From the NCBI GenBank assembly GCA_963712115.1, contig CAVQGX010000039.1:88-64087 (forward strand): a DNA stretch of 64,000 nt. The letters run 5' to 3'. This document shows, one piece after another, positions 56,337 to 64,000 of the stretch. The position numbers and the translations under genes were made by a program. This DNA is from an uncultured delta proteobacterium (GTDB lineage: Bacteria; Desulfobacterota; Syntrophobacteria; BM002). The notes under the pieces are model-generated. The model did not search any database and had not been told where the DNA came from. It saw only the letters and a list, made by a program, of their open reading frames with translations. Position 1 is the first letter of the stretch; each line of letters opens with the position of its first letter.

Positions 56337-57494
56337 ATGTCAAAGTCAAGTGTTGAAAAAATGAAAGAAGAACGAGAAAGGCGCAAATACCCATTGAATC
56401 AGATTTATTTTTATCTGACTGAGGGGTGTAACCTTCGGTGCCGGCATTGCTGGATTGCGCCTAAATATCAGAGCGAGGATAACTCCTATCCAGCGCTGAA
56501 CCTGGATCTTTTCAAGTCGATTATTGAACAGGCCAAACCCTTGGGTCTAACCGGGGTCAAATTGACAGGTGGTGAGCCGTTACTCCACCCTCAGATTCAC
56601 GAGATTTTGGGGCTTATTCAGAAGGAAGACCTCAGCCTTAATGTTGAAACCAATGGAATTCTGTGCACGCCCGAGCTAGCAAGCAAGATGGCTACTTGCA
56701 AAAAACCCTTTGTTTCAGTGAGCTTGGATGGTGCAGACTCAGGGACCCACGAGTGGGTGCGGGGCGTCACGGGCTGTTTTGAGGCTGCTTTGAAAGGCAT
56801 TCAAAATCTCGTCGAAGCAGGCTTGAGACCCCAAGTGATCATGTCCATCATGCGCCATAACAAAGAGCAGATGAAGCAGGTCGTAAGGCTTGCTGAGCGC
56901 TTGGGTGCCGGGTCGGTCAAGTTCAATATCGTGCAACCGACCGCCAGGGGAGAAAGAATGCATGACTCTGGCGAAGTCCTTAGCATTAGAGAGCTTGTGG
57001 AACTGGGAGGATGGGTGGAGAATACTCTTTCGGCCTCAACGTCCTTGCGTCTTTACCACAGTCATCCTATTGCTTTTCGCCCCCTTGGGAAGATGTTTGG
57101 CAACAATGGTGACGGGTGCGGGACCTGTGGAATTCTAGGTATCCTGGGCGTTCTGGCCAACGGCTCTTATGCTCTATGCGGCATAGGGGAAACGGTACCC
57201 GATCTTGTCTTCGGGCGTGCAGCCACGGATCTTCTAGAAGATATCTGGACTAAGACACCCATCCTCTTGGAGCTTCGCGAGGGACTTCCTCAGCGCTTTG
57301 AGGGGGCGTGCGGCAGTTGTCTCATGAAACACATTTGTTCGGGCAACTGTGTTGCCCAGAATTACTACCTCAGCAAGAATATATGGGCGCCATACTGGTA
57401 CTGTGAGGAAGCGCATAATCAAGGGCTTTTTCCTGAGGCTCGTATGCTTCCGGAAGGGACCAAAAGGAATCATAGGGATTATGATATGGGTTGA
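56337..57494 (+). CDS. Radical SAM/SPASM peptide maturase 2 (cassette B)
   Basis: EGCNLRCRHC. The SPASM region is CGTCGILGILGVLANGSYALCG and CGSCLMKHICSGNCVA. Confidence 0.85.
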   Translation: MSKSSVEKMKEERERRKYPLNQIYFYLTEGCNLRCRHCWIAPKYQSEDNSYPALNLDLFKSIIEQAKPLGLTGVKLTGGEPLLHPQIHEILGLIQKEDLSLNVETNGILCTPELASKMATCKKPFVSVSLDGADSGTHEWVRGVTGCFEAALKGIQNLVEAGLRPQVIMSIMRHNKEQMKQVVRLAERLGAGSVKFNIVQPTARGERMHDSGEVLSIRELVELGGWVENTLSASTSLRLYHSHPIAFRPLGKMFGNNGDGCGTCGILGILGVLANGSYALCGIGETVPDLVFGRAATDLLEDIWTKTPILLELREGLPQRFEGACGSCLMKHICSGNCVAQNYYLSKNIWAPYWYCEEAHNQGLFPEARMLPEGTKRNHRDYDMG

Positions 57495-57583
57495 GTCCCC
57501 AAGGCCTCAAGCGTGATAAGAGGATAGAGAGCCTTGGAGAATAAATCAAAGATTGAAGGTTTAAACCCTAGGAGGAAGCTATT

Positions 57584-57772
57584 ATGTCTCCTAAATATGA
57601 GAAACCATTAATTATCCCGTTCAACTCCCTTAAAGATGAAACTGGGCTCGGGCTTTGCAAGCCGCTTGGTTCAACAGATGCCGGGCAGTGTAGAACTGGT
57701 AGTACGGCAACACCGGGTGCATGCAAAAATGGTAGTACTGCAGGCGGTTGCAATAGCGGTAGTTCTCCATAG
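57584..57772 (+). CDS. Candidate RiPP precursor peptide B (62 aa)
   Basis: MSPKYEKPLIIPFNSLKDETGLGLCKPLGSTDAGQCRTGSTATPGACKNGSTAGGCNSGSSP. There are four C-x2-3-G-S-[TS] repeats, with Cys at 25, 36, 47 and 56. A strong AGGAGG lies 8 nt upstream of the ATG. The gene sits between the maturases and the kinase-like gene. Confidence 0.7.
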   Translation: MSPKYEKPLIIPFNSLKDETGLGLCKPLGSTDAGQCRTGSTATPGACKNGSTAGGCNSGSSP

Positions 57773-57927
57773 GCAGTTGCGCTAATGGAAGATTCGTGTC
57801 TGGTTCTTGGGCGGCATAGGGCTCGTGGTAAAGTTCCCTGATACTTTGGGAATGAAAGAGTTTTTTTGATACATGGAAGCACTTTGAATTAACTATCATC
57901 TGGTTTTAGAGTATTAAAAGTTGTCAA

Positions 57928-58854
57928 ATGACTACAATCGAAACACCACTAAAAGGTAACATAGGATATTCTTTGCGTTTGGCCAATGGCCAGTCGTGGC
58001 ACATCATAGCCACAGATGGGGTAAAGCCGTGGGTAGCGAAGCTAGCCTCAGTAATGGAACTTAAACCGTGGGATGGGAATGGTTATCAAAAGTTGATCTT
58101 CATGCGGAGAGGGACAGACAAGAAAAGTTGGCGGAAGTCTGGATCCTCTCTGCCCCCAGAGATTCAAAAGAATCTTCATGAGAGCAATGGCGAGGTTCGT
58201 GGATCTCCTGTCATCCAAACCTGGTCCCACTATGGCACCCAAGACGTCTTCTGCGAGATTGGAGATGAGCAGGGTTACGAGCGGGATATTGCCGGGATGT
58301 TGGTGGCAATTTATCCTATTTTTGAAAGGGCGCAAAACTCGGGTGGACTCGCCTTGCATGCTGCTATGCTTGAACGGGATGGGATCGGAGTTTTATTGGC
58401 AGCTCCAGGAAATACGGGAAAATCGACCTGTTGCCTTAGACTTGGCAGCCCGTGGAGGTCCCTTTGCGATGACGAGACCCTGGTCGTACGGGATCATCAG
58501 CAACAATATCTGGCACACCCTTTCCCAACTTGGAGCGATTACCTCTTGAAACGCTACAAACGCACATGGAACACTGAATATCATATTCCGTTAACCGCGA
58601 TATTCTTTATAGAACAGGCTATGCATGACGAGGTGCTTCCCATTGGGCAGGGGGAAGCAGCGGTATCCATCCACCATTCAGCGATGCAGATGTGTCGTCG
58701 CAGATTGTACCATCTGGGTCGCAAAGAGTCTAAGTCTTTAAAACTGAAGCTGTTTGATAACGCCTGCGAAATCGCCAAAGCTATCCCGGCTTTTAAGCTA
58801 AAAGTGAGCTTAAAAGGACGGTTTTGGGAGAAGATTGAAGCGGTTTTGCCATAG
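57928..58854 (+). CDS. HPr-kinase-like P-loop protein (cassette B; possibly ScmC-like)
   Basis: 308 aa. ALHAAMLERDGIGVLLAAPGNTGKSTCC resembles the HprK/P P-loop region. It is a paralogue of 48225..49100. Confidence 0.65.
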   Translation: MTTIETPLKGNIGYSLRLANGQSWHIIATDGVKPWVAKLASVMELKPWDGNGYQKLIFMRRGTDKKSWRKSGSSLPPEIQKNLHESNGEVRGSPVIQTWSHYGTQDVFCEIGDEQGYERDIAGMLVAIYPIFERAQNSGGLALHAAMLERDGIGVLLAAPGNTGKSTCCLRLGSPWRSLCDDETLVVRDHQQQYLAHPFPTWSDYLLKRYKRTWNTEYHIPLTAIFFIEQAMHDEVLPIGQGEAAVSIHHSAMQMCRRRLYHLGRKESKSLKLKLFDNACEIAKAIPAFKLKVSLKGRFWEKIEAVLP

Positions 58855-58871
58855 ATAACCAAAGAGAAGAA

Positions 58872-59513
58872 GTGGAAGAGACGCAACCAATAAAACCAAT
58901 AGAGTTAGGTTCAATAAATTACATTGGCCCCAGCATGAATCCAATTCTTAAAGCTGGAGATGTTCTCCGAATTGTGTCTTATGAGGGGCAAGAAATCCGA
59001 CGGGGAGATGTGATTGTTTTTGTTGCTCCCGGAGGTGATTTTAAGGTCATTCACCGCGTAGTAGCCCTAGATTCGCAAGGAATTAGAACCCGAGGTGATA
59101 ACTCCACTGATGTCGACCCGTGGATCCTTAAACCAGATCAAGTCCTTGGTCGTGTAGTTTGCGCCCGAAGGCGGAATAAAAGGCTGAGAGTATTTGGAGG
59201 GCCAAAGGGGAGCTTGGTTGCTACAGTCATCAGAACCATTAACTGGATCGATTCGAGCGTGTCGAAGTTGCTGCGGCCACCATGTAAACGACTGGCCAGG
59301 ATAGGTTTATTCAAGCAGCTGTTGCCCGAGAGTGTGGAACTACAAGTTGTTTCGTTTAGCCGACCGTCAGGAACAGAGCTGCAACTGCTCATTGGGGGAC
59401 GCGTGATAGGCAGATGGCCAGCGGGAAAAAGTGGATGGAACATCCGGCGCCCTTTTCGGCTTTTTGTGGATGAAAATTCTCTGCCCGAAAATCCGTCTAA
59501 ATTGGGGCAATGA
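58872..59513 (+). CDS. SipW/archaeal-type S26 signal-peptidase-like protein without a membrane anchor (cassette B)
   Basis: GTG start. GPSMNPILKAGDV, VIHRVV and TRGDNSTDVD. No N-terminal TM helix is evident. Confidence 0.7.
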   Translation: MEETQPIKPIELGSINYIGPSMNPILKAGDVLRIVSYEGQEIRRGDVIVFVAPGGDFKVIHRVVALDSQGIRTRGDNSTDVDPWILKPDQVLGRVVCARRRNKRLRVFGGPKGSLVATVIRTINWIDSSVSKLLRPPCKRLARIGLFKQLLPESVELQVVSFSRPSGTELQLLIGGRVIGRWPAGKSGWNIRRPFRLFVDENSLPENPSKLGQ

Positions 59514-59580
59514 AGGTATAAGTCAAGTGGTGTGAGTGGTTGACATTGGTAATCTAAAATTTTCCGAGGAACTTAGATAG

Positions 59581-60120
59581 ATGGCTAGGACAAATGACAT
59601 AGAAAAAAGACTGTTAAAGGATATGCAGTTGGCGAAAAGAAAGTTTGAATGTTATGAAAAAATGTATATTGGTTTGAGTGGAGACGGAAAGAAATATCTT
59701 CAAGCACAATCTAGACGATATAAACGGAAAGTATCTGAGATACAAAAAATTATTCTCCCTGCTTTAAATGATATTTGTCCTACATGTATTAACTGTTGTA
59801 AATTATATACTCCAGAATTATCTATATATATTGCAGGTAGTATAGGTTGTTTTCAGTTTATAGATTATGTATTGGTAAGATGTAATAATATATTACCAAA
59901 TCCTTATTTTGAAAATATTAAGCATAATCTATGTCCATTTTGGGCTGAGGGTTGCATTCTACCAAGCGATTCTAGAAGCTATCTATGCACCAAATATTTT
60001 TGCGATAAACTCAAAAAAGAACTTGATATGAGAGTTATCTCAGAACACTTGGAAGTTTTGAAATCTATCATAAAGGATTTTTCAATTAAAAAGTGTTTGG
60101 ACTTGAATCCAGAAGCTTAA
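59581..60120 (+). CDS. YkgJ-family CxxCxxCC cysteine-cluster protein
   Basis: 179 aa. CPTCINCC is the CxxCxxCC signature of the putative Zn/Fe-chelating domain, and further Cys residues follow (CPFWAEGC, CTKYFC). The gene is markedly AT-rich compared with its neighbours. Confidence 0.55.
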   Translation: MARTNDIEKRLLKDMQLAKRKFECYEKMYIGLSGDGKKYLQAQSRRYKRKVSEIQKIILPALNDICPTCINCCKLYTPELSIYIAGSIGCFQFIDYVLVRCNNILPNPYFENIKHNLCPFWAEGCILPSDSRSYLCTKYFCDKLKKELDMRVISEHLEVLKSIIKDFSIKKCLDLNPEA

Positions 60121-60153
60121 TGTAAAAATGTAGATCAAGTATGTTATTTACCA

Positions 60154-61458
60154 ATGATTAGAGACAATAAGTATACTATGGATCGATTCACTTGTATAAA
60201 TCCGTCGACAGCATTGGCGCCAGAAAAGGCCATCCAAGAAATATATCCTGGTCTGAGGTTATGTGGAACCTCAGATAAATATTTTCTTGATCTTTCAGAT
60301 GAACTGTTGACCTATGTAAGGTCAGTTTTGAAAGATGAATCCCCCCAAGCTCCGGGGGCATCGTTAGATGAATGGTCCGGGCTGCTAAATTTCCTCCGAT
60401 CTAACTGGATAATCCCTTTTGTTTATCGAAAAATTGGCTCTTTGCCGCCGGAATGTCGCCCACCGGAACCGATCACCGATGAAATGAGACAGGATTTTCT
60501 CGTCAGTGTTGTACGTTCTCTTCACATGGAGAGGCAGCTCCAGGAAATTATCGAAGCGTTCCTGCAACAAGGTGTTCGAGTGCTGGTTTTGCGGGGACCT
60601 GCCCTGGCATTTTCACTGTATACAGATCCGGCGATGAGGTCCAGCTGTGATCTTGACCTGTTGGTGATTCCGGAGCAAGTGGTTCAGGCGCGAGATATTC
60701 TGGAAAGCTTGGGCTACAGATGTTTGGCCAGAAGGTTCGAAACCGCCAGGGACTTTTTCCGCGAGGAGTGCTTTGTCCATCAAGGAAATCAGGGTAACAA
60801 GTTTCCGGTTGATCTCCACTGGGTCCACTGGGAACTACACCCCTTTTTTAAGGGCAGTGAAGAGGTTGACATAGAGGATCTTTTTCAGAGGGGTTGGAAG
60901 GTTGAGACCCCAACTCTCGCTTTCGAAACCCTGCACCCAGTAGACTATCTCATTCATTCGGCAATTCACTTAGTAATGATCCATAAAAATGAAATGCGGT
61001 TAAGTTGGATTTATGACACGGCATTGCTTGCCCAACAACTTCAAGTGGACAATGACTGGGCAACATTGCAGGAGAGGAGCGTCGCCTGGAGGGCTCGGCT
61101 ACCATTAGAACATTGCCTGAAAATGGCTCAAGTTTGGGCTGGGCTCGAGCTACCGGACGGATTCGATGACTTTTCCACCTGGCCACGACCCACAGAGGAC
61201 GAGTCTGCTGTTTGGGCAGATACCATGCGGCACCATTGGGTGACTATATTGTTGAAACGGTCGCTGGCGAATCCCTCCCTTCTTCTAAAGAGGGTTCCGT
61301 CTTTGCTCCGTTTGCTCTTCCCACATCCTGAAATTGTGCGATTTTGCTACCCGACCTCCAGTAATTGGCTGCTGCCGTTCTCTTATGTGAGAAGGTGGTT
61401 TAGATGGATTGATGATCTGGTTATTAATAGGATTGGTGCGTTGAAACAAAAATCTTGA
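60154..61458 (+). CDS. Nucleotidyltransferase family protein (uncharacterised NTP_transf_5-like type)
   Basis: 434 aa. VLVLRGPALAFSLYTDPAMRSSCDLDLLV resembles the KG..Y......R...DiDlLV signature of this family. Confidence 0.55.
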   Translation: MIRDNKYTMDRFTCINPSTALAPEKAIQEIYPGLRLCGTSDKYFLDLSDELLTYVRSVLKDESPQAPGASLDEWSGLLNFLRSNWIIPFVYRKIGSLPPECRPPEPITDEMRQDFLVSVVRSLHMERQLQEIIEAFLQQGVRVLVLRGPALAFSLYTDPAMRSSCDLDLLVIPEQVVQARDILESLGYRCLARRFETARDFFREECFVHQGNQGNKFPVDLHWVHWELHPFFKGSEEVDIEDLFQRGWKVETPTLAFETLHPVDYLIHSAIHLVMIHKNEMRLSWIYDTALLAQQLQVDNDWATLQERSVAWRARLPLEHCLKMAQVWAGLELPDGFDDFSTWPRPTEDESAVWADTMRHHWVTILLKRSLANPSLLLKRVPSLLRLLFPHPEIVRFCYPTSSNWLLPFSYVRRWFRWIDDLVINRIGALKQKS

Positions 61459-61485
61459 AAAGTAATAATTTGTAAGAGACTCAGT

Positions 61486-61626
61486 CTCACCCCCACCCCG
61501 CCCGCCTCGCCTGAGCGAGAGCGATGGCGGGCAGGCCTAACCCTCCCCCGTCGAGGGGGAGGGAACGTTTTGTGCACGCTATGATTCCCCCTCCCCTGGC
61601 GGGAGGGGGTTAGGGGGAGGGGGAAG
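61486..61626. repeat. GC-rich palindromic REP cluster
   Basis: Contains CCCCGCCCGCCTCGCCTGAGCGAGAGCGATGGCGGGCAGGCC, CCCTCCCCCGTCGAGGGGGAGGG and CCCCCTCCCCTGGCGGGAGGGGG. Confidence 0.8.
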
Positions 61627-61656
61627 CGTCATGATAGAAAATGTCAGGGTTAAATC

Positions 61657-63513
61657 GTGAAGAACAGCTGGTGGACATATTTAAAATCAGGGCTTTCGCG
61701 AAAGTTCCCGGAGGACCGTATTGGTGGTCAGGACAGCCACGGGTCTTTAAAGACCAGCCTTGAGAACCTCCACCCTTTTATCGGCCTCCATTGGCGCAAG
61801 GGCGCAGTGGGTGTCCTCGTCATCATGGTCAGCTCTTTTCTCGGCATCCCTCAACCACTCATCATGCGTTATCTGGTTGACGATGTGATCCTAAGTCGTG
61901 AGCTGGGGTTCCTGGCAGTAGCCATTCTCCTGCTGGCCGGAATCTCCCTGGCGGAGAAACTAACAGGCCTCTTGCAGCAATTCTATTTTGCTCGCTTTGA
62001 GCAGGAGGTTACCCTCGACATCCAACAAGATCTTTTCAGCCATGTCCTGCGCTTTCCCAAGGCTTTCTTCGATGAAAAACAGACAGGCTACTTGATTTCC
62101 CGTCTCTCCTCCGACGTGGAGGGGCTGCGCTGGTTTTTTTCAAGCACAATTGCTTACATAATCAGTAATCTCCTGCGATTTGCCGGTGGAGTGGTTTTGC
62201 TTTTCTACCTGGAATGGAGACTTGCCCTTGGTGTCCTTTTAATCGTCCCCGGCCTGGTGCTTTGTATAAAGTACTTCTCAAGGAAAGTTCACGTCCTCAG
62301 CCACCAGGATATGGAACAACAGGCCAATGTCACGAGTAATTTGCAAGAGTCACTTTCTTCGGTATCCTTGATCAAGGCCTTCTCCACCGAAGCGCGCACG
62401 GTCAAACGTTTCACCTCCCAACTGAAAGAGGCATTTCAGATTTCACTTGAGCAAACCACGGTAAGTTCCGTTGCCAATCTAGTAATCAATTCTATGCCAG
62501 GAATGGCAAAGGTCACTGTACTGGCCTTGGGGGCTTACTGGGTGATTCAGGGCCATTGGAGTCTGGGTTCTTTACTGGCTTTTATAGCCTACCTGGCCTA
62601 TGTATTTGGCCCGGCTCAGTTTCTGGCCAGTGCTAACCTGCAATTACAAAATGCACGAGCGGCACTGGAACGAGTTTCGGCTCTCTACGACATCATCCCA
62701 GAAGAGAATGTTGGCGCTGGTGAAAAAACAGAAAGGCTAAGAGGGGAGATTGATTTCAACAACGTCTCATTCTCCTACGACGAGCGTGAGCCGGTGCTCA
62801 ACAATATCTCCTTCCGCATTCAACCCGGAGAACGGGTAGCCATTGTGGGGCCCAGCGGCGAGGGTAAAACAACCCTGTTGAGCCTTATCCTCCGTTTCTA
62901 CAAACCCAGTGCAGGAGAAATCTGCTTTGATGGGAGGCCGGCAGAGCACTATGAAGTGGGTTCACTGCGGAGACGGATCGGCTACGTGTCCCAGAGCGCA
63001 CTCCTTTTGGCCGGCACCATTAGGGAAAACCTCCGATACGGTAATCCTGAGGCTAGGGAGGAGGAGATTGTTCGAGCGGCTACTGTGGCGGATATCCATG
63101 ATTTTATCGTGAGCCTGGCGGGAGGATATGAGACCGAAATTGGTGAAAAGGGAGTTAAACTCTCGGAAGGACAGAAACAGCGGCTGTCCCTTGCCCGGGC
63201 AATAGTCAAAGATCCGGACATTCTGGTACTGGATGAGCCCACTTCTGCCCTGGATAGCCAGACGGAAAAGACTATTTTCCAGTCTCTCCCATCTATTATC
63301 AAGAACAAGACCCTCTTCGTGGTGGCTCACCGCCTTTCTACTATCATGAATTCCGATCGCATCTTCCTTTTAGATCAGAACCGCCTCATTGCCATTGGCA
63401 CCCATGAGTCACTTTTGCAGAGCAATGATTACTATCGTTCCATAGTTTCCCACCAGCAGGTCCAGCCGGAACAGGATTCTACAGATACTAGGCGGTATTA
63501 TAGGGTTGTCTAG
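61657..63513 (+). CDS. ABC exporter, fused permease/ATPase (MsbA-like type I exporter)
   Basis: Six-TM N-terminal half. Walker A GPSGEGKTT, signature LSEGQKQRL and Walker B ILVLDEPTSALD. No N-terminal C39 peptidase domain is present. Confidence 0.9.
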   Translation: MKNSWWTYLKSGLSRKFPEDRIGGQDSHGSLKTSLENLHPFIGLHWRKGAVGVLVIMVSSFLGIPQPLIMRYLVDDVILSRELGFLAVAILLLAGISLAEKLTGLLQQFYFARFEQEVTLDIQQDLFSHVLRFPKAFFDEKQTGYLISRLSSDVEGLRWFFSSTIAYIISNLLRFAGGVVLLFYLEWRLALGVLLIVPGLVLCIKYFSRKVHVLSHQDMEQQANVTSNLQESLSSVSLIKAFSTEARTVKRFTSQLKEAFQISLEQTTVSSVANLVINSMPGMAKVTVLALGAYWVIQGHWSLGSLLAFIAYLAYVFGPAQFLASANLQLQNARAALERVSALYDIIPEENVGAGEKTERLRGEIDFNNVSFSYDEREPVLNNISFRIQPGERVAIVGPSGEGKTTLLSLILRFYKPSAGEICFDGRPAEHYEVGSLRRRIGYVSQSALLLAGTIRENLRYGNPEAREEEIVRAATVADIHDFIVSLAGGYETEIGEKGVKLSEGQKQRLSLARAIVKDPDILVLDEPTSALDSQTEKTIFQSLPSIIKNKTLFVVAHRLSTIMNSDRIFLLDQNRLIAIGTHESLLQSNDYYRSIVSHQQVQPEQDSTDTRRYYRVV

Positions 63514-63540
63514 AAAGTCTTCTCTGACAAGAGATAAAAT

Positions 63541-63740
63541 CCCCCCAAAGAGGCCTGTCCGACAATCCCTTTCCCCTCCCCTGGCGGGAGGGGATAAAGG
63601 GGAGGGGGACACACCCCCACCCTAACCCTCCCCCGTCAAGGGGGAAGGGATTATAAGGTTATCGGACAGCCTCTAAAGGGGGATTTAGGCCTGCCCGCCA
63701 TCGGCTTCGCCTTCAGGCGAGGCGGGCGGGGGGATTTTGA
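63541..63740. repeat. GC-rich palindromic REP cluster (same units; part is inverted relative to 61486..61626)
   Basis: Contains CCCCTCCCCTGGCGGGAGGGG and CCCTCCCCCGTCAAGGGGGAAGGG. GGCCTGCCCGCCATCGGCTTCGCCTTCAGGCGAGGCGGGCGGGG is the inverse of the 61493-61545 unit. Confidence 0.8.
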
Positions 63741-63770
63741 TCCGGGCTAGGGTAAGGCGGTGCCCGGTGA

Positions 63771-64000
63771 TCACTGAAGATCCTTCCAGGCATCCTCAAC
63801 GATTTCATGACTGACGATAGTCTTGTCCGCCAGATAGGTGGCAAGGAGGCTGCGATCGCAGAGGTTGTTAATTTCCCGAGGGATGCCCTTGGTAAATCTG
63901 AAAATAGCCTCCAGAGCCTCGGCAGTGAAGGGCAATCTCTTGCAACCTGCCACAGTCAAGCGATGCTTGATGTAGTAAAGAGAATCTTTATAAGGGAGGG
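63771..64000 (-). CDS. ExeA/GspA-like ATPase, C-terminal part only (5' end beyond the window)
   Basis: The frame is open to the window edge: ..LPYKDSLYYIKHRLTVAGCKRLPFTAEALEAIFRFTKGIPREINNLCDRSLL.... This parallels KQYVEHRLKIAGGRREIFTQKAIHSIYSFSKGYPRKINVICDYALL in the IS-disrupted copy. Confidence 0.7.
   Translation of the reverse strand, partial: LPYKDSLYYIKHRLTVAGCKRLPFTAEALEAIFRFTKGIPREINNLCDRSLLATYLADKTIVSHEIVEDAWKDLQ

Noticed and set aside
57568-57899. 104-aa and 89-aa minus-strand ORFs opposite precursor B
   Set aside because: They have no ribosome-binding site and no recognisable motifs. The plus-strand peptide has a strong SD sequence, a repeat-structured core and the right operon context.
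61383-61577. 64-aa minus-strand ORF, and 63409..63612 likewise
   Set aside because: They are REP-derived (PPARGGE-type strings) and overlap the ends of well-supported genes.

Overview
64 kb window. It may come from a Desulfobacterota-like (deltaproteobacterial) genome, but that is only a guess from gene families and the style of the intergenic repeats. All family calls rest on motifs read by eye; no searches were run. There are four blocks.

(1) 1-11.9 kb is an accessory region bounded on the right by a tyrosine integrase abutting tRNA-Pro(CGG). All of its genes point away from the integrase: a PKD-repeat secreted protein, a GC-rich YpfJ peptidase, an ExeA-like ATPase split by an IS4-family element, a VpsT/CsgD-like LuxR regulator split by an IS630-family element, a small Cys protein and a PilZ protein. 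Four of these genes are followed, and the last is preceded, by a co-oriented ~110-bp element. Each element carries lox/dif-like sites with 9-bp inverted arms and an asymmetric 7-bp centre. I cannot assign this cassette-array-like layout to a known system.

(2) 12.4-14.8 kb holds an AEC transporter and a deoxyhypusine-synthase-like gene.

(3) 15-45 kb is one long minus-strand Wzx/Wzy-type exopolysaccharide locus. It encodes a WecA-like initiating transferase, amino-sugar tailoring genes, seven glycosyltransferases, AsnB, a B12-radical-SAM enzyme, a flippase, an O-antigen-ligase-like polymerase and an FG-GAP::Wza-like fusion. It also has two Wzc-type tyrosine-kinase paralogues. One of them is frameshifted, and the two carry different extra C-terminal domains.

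(4) 45.8-63.5 kb holds two divergent, paralogous RiPP-like cassettes. Each has a PqqD-like protein, radical SAM/SPASM maturase(s), a 4-Cys precursor peptide, an HPr-kinase-like P-loop protein and an anchorless SipW-type S26 peptidase. One cassette adds a CxxCxxCC protein, a nucleotidyltransferase and an ABC exporter. The other adds a HEAT-repeat membrane protein and a CPBP protease, and is split by two toxin-antitoxin modules.

One precursor (49704..49868, TTG start, 54 aa) is absent from the supplied ORF track. The RiPP cassettes and the recombination-site cassette array are my best candidates for undescribed biology. Two families of intergenic repeats are abundant: GC-rich palindromic REPs and low-complexity 'stutter' hairpins. 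They generate many spurious ORFs. I saw no rRNA, CRISPR array or cas genes.
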